Both the position numbers and the translations under genes were made by a program. From an uncultured Chlamydiae bacterium (lineage in GTDB: Bacteria; Chlamydiota; Chlamydiia; Chlamydiales; JAJFMA01), in the NCBI GenBank assembly GCA_963713615.1, contig CAVQMM010000001.1:64001-128000 (forward strand): DNA of 64,000 bases, written 5' to 3'. This document shows positions 10,901-19,758 of the stretch, piece by piece. The notes beneath the pieces were generated by a model that saw only the letters and a program-made list of their open reading frames with translations, ran no database searches and was not told the origin of the DNA. The stretch's first letter is position 1. Every line of letters begins with the position of its first letter.

Positions 10901-10956
10901 GAAGTCCTAAGTCATTGAGATATAAGCTCAAAAGACCTGTTAGGTTGAGGCCTATG

Positions 10957-11104
10957 TGGCATCGCCATGGTATATGCCAGGAAGGGATTTCGCAGTCTGA
11001 AGGACTGCTACAAGACGCCAGTTTACAAACACCATTTATGCATGCGCTTTATGGCAGCCCTACAGGCTGCTAAAACCGTTTTGGCATATACCATGGCGAT
11101 GCCA
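10957..11104. repeat. Family C hairpin unit (148 bp), copy 2
   Basis: Direct identical copy of 10500-10647. Confidence 0.9.
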
Positions 11105-11299
11105 TGGCCTGTTGCAATATCGACCCTTCGGGCCTGGGAAGGGAATGACTCTCTCTTCACCGGCATCCGATTTTTAGGAAATTGACTTCGGAGAATCGGA
11201 CTTCTGCAATTACCTCCTTTTAGACGTATCTACAACATCTTTTAGGCGAATTGGTATTTAGACGATAGGAAACGAAGAGTTTCGAAGGGGATTTTGAAG

Positions 11300-11332
11300 A
11301 AGTTCCCACCAACAGATGTGGTGGGAACTTTT
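11300..11332. terminator. Possible intrinsic terminator hairpin
   Basis: AAGTTCCCACCA/TGGTGGGAACTT stem just downstream of the minus-strand gene ending at 11344. Confidence 0.45.
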
Positions 11333-11343
11333 CGAAAGATTAA

Positions 11344-11742
11344 CTATGAATCTCGGAGATCAAGCATATTATTGAATGCTTTTACCGCATAACGCCACAG
11401 AAGGGCATAGACGATAGGAGCGATTAATAAGGGCCAATAGTAGAAGTTCTCTGGGAGACCCATCGTTGTTGGCAAATGAAGCCAAAAAACGCCAACCAAC
11501 GCTACAATAAAACCCAAGACAGCTCCTGTGATCAAAAGTCGAAAATTCATGCGCATGTGAAGAAATTCTTTGAAGAACGCAAAGTAGAGTATGTTCCATA
11601 TCCCCCATATCACGGGTAGGAAATGGATAAAAGGCACAGAAAGGATGGCGCCCCTTCCAGTTGCCATAGCGACAAGCAGCACAATAGGTAGAATGATGCC
11701 AGGCAGGACAAGTCCTGCTACAAAAGCTCTAAAGTGATACAT
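11344..11742 (-). CDS. Hypothetical integral membrane protein (about 4 TM)
   Basis: Hydrophobic ORF; ATG at 11742 preceded by GGAGGG. Confidence 0.75.
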   Translation of the reverse strand: MYHFRAFVAGLVLPGIILPIVLLVAMATGRGAILSVPFIHFLPVIWGIWNILYFAFFKEFLHMRMNFRLLITGAVLGFIVALVGVFWLHLPTTMGLPENFYYWPLLIAPIVYALLWRYAVKAFNNMLDLRDS

Positions 11743-11841
11743 AAACCCTCCAATGCGAACCACTCGCATCTCAATAAATTCATATTAACATAGCCGCGCA
11801 TAAAATACATCGTCTTCACAGTGAACTACTTTGAATCAATT

Positions 11842-11920
11842 GATTCTTTTGAAGAATTGGGGGCGCTTTTTGCTTCCACAAACCATCGAATAGAAGCGTA
11901 CCAAATTCTTCCCAAGAACC
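11842..11920. repeat. Family E inverted-repeat element, short copy
   Basis: 38 nt (11851-11888) identical to 36070-36107; ends TTCTT..GAAGAATTGG / CCAAATTCTTCCCAAGAACC. Confidence 0.75.
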
Positions 11921-12003
11921 CGTTGAACGTCACGTGGCTTTCATTTGTCTTTTCAAAAGTCCGTTACTTGACAGATAAGCCCATAAAATACGAAGGTCAG
12001 ACA

Positions 12004-12027
12004 TATACCACACTCGAGTGTGGTATA
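12004..12027. repeat. Family H minimal palindrome (fused termini)
   Basis: Perfect 24-bp palindrome TATACCACACTCGAGTGTGGTATA matching both ends of 53503-53666. Confidence 0.75.
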
Positions 12028-12049
12028 ACCTTAACCTAAGGGGGGTTAT

Positions 12050-13099
12050 ATGTTAGGAGGAGTGATGAATCAAGACAAGGCGACTAAGCCATCACCTCAC
12101 CGCTTTTCTTTTGTATCGCGAACCCCTAACAAAAGTTATCCAGGGGGAACTCGGACTGATGCTACGGTTAAGGATTTTCCAGTCTTAGCGGGGATGTCGC
12201 TGTCAATGCTCACCCTACAGGCAAGAGGTGTTCGAGAGCCGCACTGGCATCCAAACGCTCATGAGCTAGGCTACTGCATATCGGGAAATGGTCTGATGAC
12301 TGTGTTTAGTCCTGGAGCAGGCCATGATACCTTTACAATCTCTCCGGGTGATATCGCATTTGTGCCGATGGGATATTTACATCATATCGAAAATACTGGC
12401 ACAGAGCCTTTACAGTTGGCCATCTGCTTTAATCATGAAGAACCCGAAGATATTGGCCTTTCGGCGGGCGTCGCCGTCATGCCTCATCACATCATGGGAG
12501 AGACCTTCAACTTGAGGCCATCATTTTTTCAAGGTCTTAAAGGTGATAGCAAGGGTGCCTTTATCGTCCAGCGGGATAGAGCGGCGGTTCCTCCGTTTCC
12601 TCTGACGCCTGGACGGTTTAGGATGGGTTTAGAGTCTACCCAGCCGCAGATACACACACAAGGTGGAACGGTCAAAATGAGTAATAGCTTCCTCTTGCCA
12701 ACGCTGGAGGGGCTTGCCATCTATTGCGTGGCATTAGAGAAAGGTGGCGCAAGAGAACCGCATTGGCATCCTAATGCTCATGAACTCAATTATCTGATCA
12801 GTGGAACAGCACGTATCACACTGTTGTCTCCAGGTGGTGATGTCGATACATTTGACATGAAGGCGGGAGACATGAGCTTTCTCCCTAGAGGATACCTACA
12901 CCACATTGAAAATACCGGCCAGGATCCCGCACATTTTGCTATCTTCTTTAATCATACGAGTCCATCGGATATCGGTGTATCGGGGTGCTTAGGCGCTTAT
13001 AGCAATGAAGTGTTGGCGGCTCTATTTGGAGTTCCGGTAGGTTATCTGGATTCGCTGCCCAAGTACCAGCAGGACTTATTTGTGGTTGGGGGCGGCTAA
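12050..13099 (+). CDS. Oxalate decarboxylase-family bicupin
   Basis: Two cupin domains, each with REPHWHPNAHE and GYLHHIENTG. Confidence 0.8.
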   Translation: MLGGVMNQDKATKPSPHRFSFVSRTPNKSYPGGTRTDATVKDFPVLAGMSLSMLTLQARGVREPHWHPNAHELGYCISGNGLMTVFSPGAGHDTFTISPGDIAFVPMGYLHHIENTGTEPLQLAICFNHEEPEDIGLSAGVAVMPHHIMGETFNLRPSFFQGLKGDSKGAFIVQRDRAAVPPFPLTPGRFRMGLESTQPQIHTQGGTVKMSNSFLLPTLEGLAIYCVALEKGGAREPHWHPNAHELNYLISGTARITLLSPGGDVDTFDMKAGDMSFLPRGYLHHIENTGQDPAHFAIFFNHTSPSDIGVSGCLGAYSNEVLAALFGVPVGYLDSLPKYQQDLFVVGGG

Positions 13100-13101
13100 A
13101 A

Positions 13102-13965
13102 ATGCCCGTTCAGCCCAATCTTTTGAAGGGCAGTCTGTATGCCCTAACAGCCTTCTTATGTATGGCCATCTTTGGAGTATTTACAAAGGCTGCTTCAGCG
13201 CATGGGGGAGATCTATGGGTTAGCTTTGGGACCTATCTGACAGGCTTGTTAGTTCTTTTGCCCTTCGTCTATAACAGCGGGTTAGTTTTTTTTAAGACAC
13301 AGCACTTTTCCTATCACTTTGGACGAGCTGCTTTTGGTCTATCTGCAAGCCTGCTCTATATGTTTTCGATGCACACGATCCCGATTGTTAACGCCACGCT
13401 TTTGTTTAATACCGTGCCCATATTTCTTCCTATACTGGCCATGTTGTTTCTTAAAGCGACGGTCTCCAAGCAAACCTGGTACGCTATTGGTTTGGGTTTT
13501 CTGGGGATTATCATCATCATTAGGCCAACTGAAGCCATCGTTACGCAAGCAGGGGACCTATTAGGGTTGACGTCAGGTGTATTTCTTGCCGTGGCCTATC
13601 TTTTGATCAAACAGCTTACCCCAACCGATCCAGCGATGCGCATCACTTTTTACTTTTTCCTGCTGGCTACTTGTATGCAAGTTTTCCTGCTTCCTTTTGC
13701 CGGCCCTCTACCTGAGTGGTCTGCTTTAGGGTTTGCGGCTTTGGCCGGACTCGCTTTTGTTTTGGCTCAGGCCTGCTTGGCTAAAGGATATTTATTTGCT
13801 AAAGCTTCACAGGTAGGTGTTTACCAATATACGTCGCTAGTTTATGTCGGCATCATCGATTGGGTTGTATGGGACGTAGTTCCACCCACCGTTGACCTCT
13901 TGGGTGTATTGTTGGTGCTTGTCGCTGCCGTTATCATCATTCGCAGCAGAGGAAAGGAGAATTAG
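13102..13965 (+). CDS. DMT/EamA family transporter
   Basis: About 10 TM, 287 aa, EamA-type pattern (ATLLFNTVPIF, GFLGIIIIIRP). Confidence 0.85.
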   Translation: MPVQPNLLKGSLYALTAFLCMAIFGVFTKAASAHGGDLWVSFGTYLTGLLVLLPFVYNSGLVFFKTQHFSYHFGRAAFGLSASLLYMFSMHTIPIVNATLLFNTVPIFLPILAMLFLKATVSKQTWYAIGLGFLGIIIIIRPTEAIVTQAGDLLGLTSGVFLAVAYLLIKQLTPTDPAMRITFYFFLLATCMQVFLLPFAGPLPEWSALGFAALAGLAFVLAQACLAKGYLFAKASQVGVYQYTSLVYVGIIDWVVWDVVPPTVDLLGVLLVLVAAVIIIRSRGKEN

Positions 13966-13994
13966 GGAATTTTTATGGAGGTACGATACTCATC

Positions 13995-15053
13995 ATGCAG
14001 AATCCACTCGTAGCGATCATTGGGGCTGGGCCTATTGGTCTTGAGCTGGCTATAGGACTAAAGACCGCTGGGATCTCCTATATTCAGTTTGAAGCCGAGC
14101 AAGTTGCCCAGATGATCTGCAACTTTCCACCTCAGACGCACTTCTTTAGTTCGTCTGAGAGGATCGGAATTGCAGGAATACCTATCCAAACATTAGATCA
14201 ACAAAAATGCTCTCGAGAGACCTATTTGGCGTATATTCGCGCTGTCGTTTTGCATTTTGGTTTACACGTACATACCGGTGAGGAAGTCGTAACAACTGCT
14301 CATCAGGAGCAGGGCTTTCATCTGACCACGCGTGTTGCAGGAAGTCAACGCTCATACGATGTACGTTATGTGGTGATTGCTACAGGGGGTACCTCTCGGC
14401 CTAGAATGTTAGGGGTGCCAGGGGAAGATTTTAGTCATGTAGCCACGAAAATGGGGGACCCACACCAGTATTTCAAAAAACGTGTGCTTATCATAGGTGG
14501 GCGAAATTCGGCCGCTGAAACAGCCTTACGCTGCTTTCATGCAAGCGCTTATGTCTCCCTTGCCGTACGCGGGGCGGAGCTTGATCCCCAGTCGATCAAG
14601 TATTGGATTTTTCCAGAATTAGCTAGCCGATTAGACAAAGGCGACATGAGGATTTATTATCAGACTGATTTAGAGGAGATCCTGCCCGACCGGGTGGTTC
14701 TTAGGCATGAGGGAAAAACCAGTGAAATATTCGCTGATTTTGTCATCAAAGCAATTGGCTTTGAGGCTGATATGAGCTTATGTTTACAGGCCGGAGTGGC
14801 TTTATCGGGAGACAATGACAACCCCGTCTTTGATCCTGAGACCTTAGAAACCAATATTCCTGGCATCTTTGTAGCCGGGACTGTGGTAGGAGGAACGCAG
14901 AGGAAGTATCGGGTTTTTATCGAGAATTGTCACCAACACGTAGGGAAAATAGTAAACGCTCTTTGCACTCGAATCGGGATTAATGTACCATCGTTGACGT
15001 TAGGGGGAGGATATGGCTTTAGGCCTGATTCCCTTGGCCCACTTGAGGAATAA
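13995..15053 (+). CDS. YpdA-like FAD/NAD(P)-dependent oxidoreductase (thioredoxin reductase-like)
   Basis: GAGPIG, VIATGG, GGRNSAAE, ETNIPGIFVAG, VFIEN motifs. Confidence 0.8.
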   Translation: MQNPLVAIIGAGPIGLELAIGLKTAGISYIQFEAEQVAQMICNFPPQTHFFSSSERIGIAGIPIQTLDQQKCSRETYLAYIRAVVLHFGLHVHTGEEVVTTAHQEQGFHLTTRVAGSQRSYDVRYVVIATGGTSRPRMLGVPGEDFSHVATKMGDPHQYFKKRVLIIGGRNSAAETALRCFHASAYVSLAVRGAELDPQSIKYWIFPELASRLDKGDMRIYYQTDLEEILPDRVVLRHEGKTSEIFADFVIKAIGFEADMSLCLQAGVALSGDNDNPVFDPETLETNIPGIFVAGTVVGGTQRKYRVFIENCHQHVGKIVNALCTRIGINVPSLTLGGGYGFRPDSLGPLEE

Positions 15054-15059
15054 AGGACT

Positions 15060-15737
15060 ATGGCAATGATGACTGGCCAGATTCAATGTCCAGTATCCGG
15101 CGAATCTCCGCTTGAAGAACACGTAAACCACTTGACACACCTGGCTGGGCTTGTTCTCAGTATTGCTGGCTGGATGGTTTTGCTGTTTTACGCTTATCAG
15201 GCGGATAGTATTAGTCACATGGTCAGTTGCTCAGTGTATGGAGCTACTCTTGTGTCTTTGTATGCAGCCTCTGCCTACTACCATGTGTGTAAGCGGTTAG
15301 ACCAAAAACAGCTGCTTCGAGTGGTTGATCATGCCTGCATTTACCTACTGATTGCTGGCACCTATACGCCGTTTAGCCTGGGTCCCCTTCGCGATGTAGG
15401 CGGGTGGGATTTGTTGTGGATAGAATGGACCATTGCCCTAGTTGGTATAGTGATCAAAGTCCTCGCGATCAATCGATTTCAAATGCTCTCGATGATCGCC
15501 TACTTGGCGATGGGATGGCTGATCATCTTTAGCTGGCCCACGCTAAAAGATGAACTACCCTATACCGCCATTATCTGGTTAGTCACAGGAGGCATTATTT
15601 ACAGCCTCGGCGTCCTCTTTTACCTTTGGGAAGCCCTGCCCTTTAATCACGCCATCTGGCATGGCTTTGTCTTGGCAGGGAGTATCTGTCACTATTTCTC
15701 CATCCTTAGCATGATCCAACAAGGGATCATCGTCTAG
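15060..15737 (+). CDS. Hemolysin III / PAQR family membrane protein
   Basis: EEHVNHLTH, SAYYH, DHACIYLLIAGTYTP, HAIWHGFVLAG motifs. Confidence 0.92.
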   Translation: MAMMTGQIQCPVSGESPLEEHVNHLTHLAGLVLSIAGWMVLLFYAYQADSISHMVSCSVYGATLVSLYAASAYYHVCKRLDQKQLLRVVDHACIYLLIAGTYTPFSLGPLRDVGGWDLLWIEWTIALVGIVIKVLAINRFQMLSMIAYLAMGWLIIFSWPTLKDELPYTAIIWLVTGGIIYSLGVLFYLWEALPFNHAIWHGFVLAGSICHYFSILSMIQQGIIV

Positions 15738-15753
15738 TTAGGAATAACACGGA

Positions 15754-15952
15754 TTTAGGAGTAACACGGGTGCACACGGATCTAGGAGGATTTAGGAGGA
15801 TTAGGATGGAAAAACTAGTTCACCACCATTCGGAACCCATCCTACACCAGTTTTAATTGTTTTAATTTCGTGGGAAAAAATTCATTCTAATTTCCTAAAA
15901 TCCTATCCTCCTAAATCCTCCTAGATCCGTGTGCATCCGTGTTGCTCCTAAA
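15754..15952. repeat. Family G long inverted repeat
   Basis: About 53-bp arms TTTAGGAGTAACACGGGTGCACACGGATCTAGGAGGATTTAGGAGGAT / ATCCTCCTAAATCCTCCTAGATCCGTGTGCATCCGTGTTGCTCCTAAA. Confidence 0.85.
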
Positions 15953-16096
15953 AACGACACGAATCGTTGCTATGCTCTAACCTAGATCCGTCCTGTAACT
16001 GCGCCTGAGAGATTCGCGTTATTTTCTTATTGCCAAACCCAATCGGGTAGACTAGCCTAAAAATGTAGACCCCAAACTGTCAAAGAGGGATTAGAT

Positions 16097-16720
16097 GTGC
16101 CAAAAGTAGATACCCTTTTTGTAGATCTTGGTGGAGTTCTTCTCACGAATGGTTGGGATCGTGTCGCACGCAAGAATGCGGCCCAGCAATTTGAGTTGGA
16201 TTGGGAAGACTTCGAAGACCGCCATAAGCGGGTGTACGACGACCATGAAAAGGATAAAATCACCCTTAACGAGTATTTGAATGCGGTTATATTCTGGAAG
16301 GAACGACCATTTACTCTAGAACAATTTCGAGCTTTCGTTTTTGCACAATCCAAGCCCTTTCCCGAAATGCTTAATTTTGTCAGTAGCCTCAAAAAAGACC
16401 ATCAGCTTAAGGTGATTGCTATTAGCAATGAGGGACGCGACTTGGCTGAATACCGTATTAAGACATTTCGGTTAGATTCCGTTATTGATACTTTCTTTGT
16501 ATCTTGTTTTGTGCATTACCAGAAACCTGACCCACATATTTACCAAATGGCATTAGATGTTCTACAAATGGCCAAGGACAGAATCATTTATGTCGATGAC
16601 CGTCCAAACCTTATTGAGGCAGGGGCTAAGTTAGGGATTCGCGGTATTGTTCACACATCTTTTGAAAGTACTCGTTCACAACTATTATCACTCTGGGAAC
16701 CTTCCGGAGTCATTCACTAG
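16097..16720 (+). CDS. HAD-superfamily phosphatase
   Basis: FVDLGGVL, ISNEG, KPDPHIY, YVDDR motifs. Confidence 0.9.
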   Translation: MPKVDTLFVDLGGVLLTNGWDRVARKNAAQQFELDWEDFEDRHKRVYDDHEKDKITLNEYLNAVIFWKERPFTLEQFRAFVFAQSKPFPEMLNFVSSLKKDHQLKVIAISNEGRDLAEYRIKTFRLDSVIDTFFVSCFVHYQKPDPHIYQMALDVLQMAKDRIIYVDDRPNLIEAGAKLGIRGIVHTSFESTRSQLLSLWEPSGVIH

Positions 16721-16730
16721 ACAGGGAGAC

Positions 16731-17354
16731 ATGTTTATGAATTCGAAGTTTTTGGCAACCTTTGCCGTAGCAGCCGCCCTTAGCACGAATGTGATGGGTA
16801 TAGGCCTAGGAGTCCAGCTAGGACCATTTGAGCTGGGTTTGGGTTTAGGAGTTAACGATAATGGTGGCGATGTGGATAACCGCCTCTATAGGTTTGAAGA
16901 CCCCATTTGCTATGCTATCGGAAACCGACGCCTCTTAGAGATGGACGTGGAATGGAAGGAGCGTGTTAGTAAAACGGAAACGACGTCGACTCTGAAGCGC
17001 ATCACTATTGAGCCCTATTTGTTTGGTCGGGCGGAGAATGGTCAGCCAGTCCTACGAGGCAATATCGTTGCAGAAAGAGTGTTGCGAGAGATCTCTGTTA
17101 AGTATGGCGATGAAGCTCAGGGGCAGTTTGATGAAGAACAGGACGTTTCAGGACCGTTGTCAGGCACCTATCGCACTCCACCCAAGGGCAAGAGCGGTAG
17201 AGGTGTACAGACAGTGAATATTCGACGCGTTGCAAGTATTCGAGTCGTAGAAGGCGGCCACTTTGTACCGCCAAAAGATTATAATCAAATCTTCCAAGGC
17301 GATGTTGCCGAGGTGATTTGTACAGTGACACCTTCTAATGGGCCTCGTTCTTAG
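16731..17354 (+). CDS. Hypothetical exported protein with WYL-like motif pattern
   Basis: GGGAG RBS before ATG 16731; signal-peptide-like N-terminus; AIGNRRLLEM...RITIEPY...IRRVASIRV...FVPPKDY. Confidence 0.65.
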   Translation: MFMNSKFLATFAVAAALSTNVMGIGLGVQLGPFELGLGLGVNDNGGDVDNRLYRFEDPICYAIGNRRLLEMDVEWKERVSKTETTSTLKRITIEPYLFGRAENGQPVLRGNIVAERVLREISVKYGDEAQGQFDEEQDVSGPLSGTYRTPPKGKSGRGVQTVNIRRVASIRVVEGGHFVPPKDYNQIFQGDVAEVICTVTPSNGPRS

Positions 17355-17386
17355 CGGGCGAATAACAAGTTTATACCGTTCTTGAC

Positions 17387-17414
17387 TCACAATCGTATCT
17401 CGGCGCGCAGCGCT
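17387..17414. repeat. Family D terminal fragment
   Basis: TCACAATCGTATCTCGGCGCGCAGCGCT, with the same TTCTTGAC flank as the 61187 copy. Confidence 0.75.
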
Positions 17415-17426
17415 CCCAATAACTTA

Positions 17427-17505
17427 AAGGTTGGCTGGCGCAATTTCCTATGTGGCGCAGTCATTCCATGACTGCGCCACATAGGAAATTGCGCCAGCCA
17501 ACCTT
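17427..17505. repeat. Perfect 38-bp-arm palindrome between convergent genes
   Basis: Arms 17427-17464 and 17468-17505, loop TCC. Confidence 0.92.
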
Positions 17506-17529
17506 GGGGAAACCGTATCACTACGCTTA

Positions 17530-18312
17530 TCACTCATCCAATAGTGTTTTTCGCTTCGTAGAACTGGACTCAGGGACCCTGAACACAACCGGTTGATGCT
17601 GTATTTGCGATGATTCCAAAGGTCTATTGGAGTTGTTAACCATTTGCATGGAGTGTTCGTAACCAAACTGTTGGCGAAGGATTGGATTCTCAGTGACAAG
17701 ATGTTTGCAAGACTCTGCAAGAGTAATAATAACCTCTTTGGCAACCATCGTGTCGGAGCGGATAATGTGAACACAACGCTGGCATCTAAGGCAAGGCAAG
17801 AGACGGTTCAGGAATATAACACCCTCGTTTCCAGGCTCATTGCTACGCTCGATATAAAGGGTGCGTAACCGTTTGCATGCTGCTATTTCTCTATATAGTT
17901 CACGAACAGGCGAATAATCAGATAGGTAGATCTCTTCCAAATGTTCTCCATGCTTTATGATTAAAGCTTGGATTACGGAGTGGTCGATATGAGTAGATCT
18001 AAAATCCACCCCTTTTAGAATGGAATATTGCCATAAAATTTGAATGAGTGTTGCGACAATCGAAACATGGTGGCCCTTGAAATTGACATATTGCGCAGAT
18101 CTGTCGATAACTATACTGGGGTTGTCGGAAATCACAACGTCAGAATATTTGCTTCGCAGGTGCATGGTAGGCACTACAATAGGCGAAACAGCTGAATTGG
18201 GTCTGAGGGCTAATGCTGATGAACCCACTGATGCTACCGGAGTTGCACTGATGTTTCCTGATACAGGAATAACTGGAACTGAAGATCTAGGTCCTACAGA
18301 CGGAAATTCCAT
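17530..18312 (-). CDS. LRR-like orphan protein (paralog family member 1)
   Basis: Ser/Pro-rich N-terminus; LKGVDFRS, HLEEIYL, CKRLRTLYI. Confidence 0.65.
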   Translation of the reverse strand: MEFPSVGPRSSVPVIPVSGNISATPVASVGSSALALRPNSAVSPIVVPTMHLRSKYSDVVISDNPSIVIDRSAQYVNFKGHHVSIVATLIQILWQYSILKGVDFRSTHIDHSVIQALIIKHGEHLEEIYLSDYSPVRELYREIAACKRLRTLYIERSNEPGNEGVIFLNRLLPCLRCQRCVHIIRSDTMVAKEVIITLAESCKHLVTENPILRQQFGYEHSMQMVNNSNRPLESSQIQHQPVVFRVPESSSTKRKTLLDE

Positions 18313-18444
18313 ATTATAATCTATATTTTACGATGTGGTTAATTTTACTATTCGTTTTAAATAAGTATAAATGTAACATGTCTTATAATCCTTGTCAAGG
18401 AAGTACATGTCAGTATCAGGCAATCGCATTATATAAAACTATTG

Positions 18445-18483
18445 AGCCAACTTCGTCCAGTGGTGCACGGGACGAAGTTGGGT
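18445..18483. terminator. Hairpin downstream of the gene ending at 18538
   Basis: CCAACTTCGTCC/GGACGAAGTTGG stem; no clear U-tract. Confidence 0.35.
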
Positions 18484-18537
18484 TGAGTATTCAAACTGTG
18501 ACTATCGTAACCCTTAGAGGACTCTGATGTCGATGCA

Positions 18538-19560
18538 TCAGAGGGCTTCGGGGTTTTGCAGGAGTTGTCGAATTCGATCTGAGGAGGTAAGACTATTGCA
18601 GCCCCTTAGATCAATTAATGCAGGTTTATTGTTGCGCGATCCTATAGCTCCAACTACGTTTTCAGATAGATTGGGTACATGAAGAGCGACCTGTTGCAAC
18701 TTAGGTAGATAATATTTGAGAGCGTTAGATAGATGAATTTGCCTTGCAGGGGCTGTGTCAGGCATACTAATGTGGAGAACACGTAACTTCGAACAATTGT
18801 ATAAAATCTCATTAGTAATGCCTATTAGGGTACGACCATCTAAATAAAGTTCTTCCAGTTGGCTATAGGAGCGGTATGATAAGCTTCTGAAGCCCGCAAT
18901 GTTAGCGTTACAACCCCTTAAGTCCAATCCCTTTAGATTCGTAAAATGCGACAAGGTCATATAATGCACTTCGGGAAGCTTCTCGCCATTTGTACGAACC
19001 TTGATGTATTGAGTTGATTTGTTAAGAACGGATATTCCAGCAGGATCGATCTCTTGATAAGGAATTCCATCAATACTTGTGAGTGGCTGATTCACAGGCT
19101 CTTCAAAGACCTGTGACCACATAAACTGGCCTAGGACTGGAGGGGGTGTGTTTGTCAGGTTCATCTCGGGATTGGCTATGGGCTGTGGTGCTGGAGCTGG
19201 GGAGAGAATTGGTGCTATCACTTGTGGTGGTAGGTCTAGCGGACTCGGAAAATTGTTCGATAATGTGTTAAATGGGGGCACAGGAGACTGGATTTGGAGC
19301 GAAGTGGGTGCGTTTGTCAGGTTCATCACAGGAGTAATTATGGGCTGTGGCTGTGGTGCTGGGGAGAGAATTGGTGCTATCAGTTGTGGTGGAAGGTCTT
19401 GCGGACTCGGAAAATTGTGCGATAATGTGTTAAATGAGGGCACTGGAGAGAAGACTGGTGGCATAGTCGGTGATGGAGTATTAGGAAATGTAGGAAGAGA
19501 GTTAATTGATGGCAATGAATTGTTATTATTATTGTTATAGCCTATAGGATAAGAATACAT
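18538..19560 (-). CDS. Pro-rich, LRR-like orphan protein (paralog family member 2)
   Basis: Poly-Asn start, duplication with 54-aa period, LKGLDLRG, QLEELYLDG, CSKLRVLHI, IDLRGCNSLT. Confidence 0.7.
   Translation of the reverse strand: MYSYPIGYNNNNNNSLPSINSLPTFPNTPSPTMPPVFSPVPSFNTLSHNFPSPQDLPPQLIAPILSPAPQPQPIITPVMNLTNAPTSLQIQSPVPPFNTLSNNFPSPLDLPPQVIAPILSPAPAPQPIANPEMNLTNTPPPVLGQFMWSQVFEEPVNQPLTSIDGIPYQEIDPAGISVLNKSTQYIKVRTNGEKLPEVHYMTLSHFTNLKGLDLRGCNANIAGFRSLSYRSYSQLEELYLDGRTLIGITNEILYNCSKLRVLHISMPDTAPARQIHLSNALKYYLPKLQQVALHVPNLSENVVGAIGSRNNKPALIDLRGCNSLTSSDRIRQLLQNPEAL
19146..19449. repeat. Intragenic tandem duplication, 162-bp period
   Basis: TGGGGAGAGAATTGGTGCTATCA occurs at 19198 and 19360; the encoded peptides PVPxFNTLSxNFPSPxDLPPQxIAPILSPAP match. 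Confidence 0.9.
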
Positions 19561-19680
19561 GAAAGATCCTTGATTGTTTTGTTAGGTTGTTGTTCTAAAG
19601 TAATAACAATATAGAAGGTTATCTAACTTTAATGAAAGTGTCAAGTCAAAAGCAATCATGGACCATTTCATCTGTAGGGT

Positions 19681-19746
19681 TATACCATGCGCGGGTAGGT
19701 TTTGCACATTTCGACTGCACCAAAGAACCTACCCGCGTGTGGTATA
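19681..19746. repeat. Family H palindrome, 66-bp deletion derivative
   Basis: TATACCATGCGCGGGTAGGTT...AACCTACCCGCGTGTGGTATA; internal TTCGACTGCACCAAAG resembles the 38158 copy. Confidence 0.8.
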
Positions 19747-19758
19747 AAGACTAAGCTC

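Larger units (their letters stand above)
10164..11216. mobile_element. Composite nested palindromic element (family A ends, J arms, two C units, central D hairpin, inserted MITE B)
   Basis: 12-bp terminal IR GAGGTAATTGCA/TGCAATTACCTC; 40-bp inner IR 10460-10499/11105-11144; identical 148-bp units 10500-10647 and 10957-11104; halves recur inverted at 45929-46542 and 50965-51163. Confidence 0.85.

Noticed and set aside
10500..11104. Possible CRISPR array from the direct repeats
   Set aside because: Only two 148-bp units, no regular 25-45 bp repeat-spacer period, and no cas genes.
10191..11185. ORFs 10191-10616, 10218-10511, 10228-10782 and 10967-11185, and their look-alikes at 45908-46513, 50860-51225, 61104-61432 and 62964-63182
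   Set aside because: They lie within palindromic repeats. Their peptide similarity reflects repeated DNA and they show no transposase motifs.
10150..11230. Target-site duplication around the composite element (and around 45929-51163)
   Set aside because: Flanks (CCATTTT/CTTTTAG and ACATAAA/ATAGTAT) give no convincing direct repeat.
11821..12039. 72-aa ORF upstream of the bicupin
   Set aside because: Composed largely of family E and H repeat sequence.
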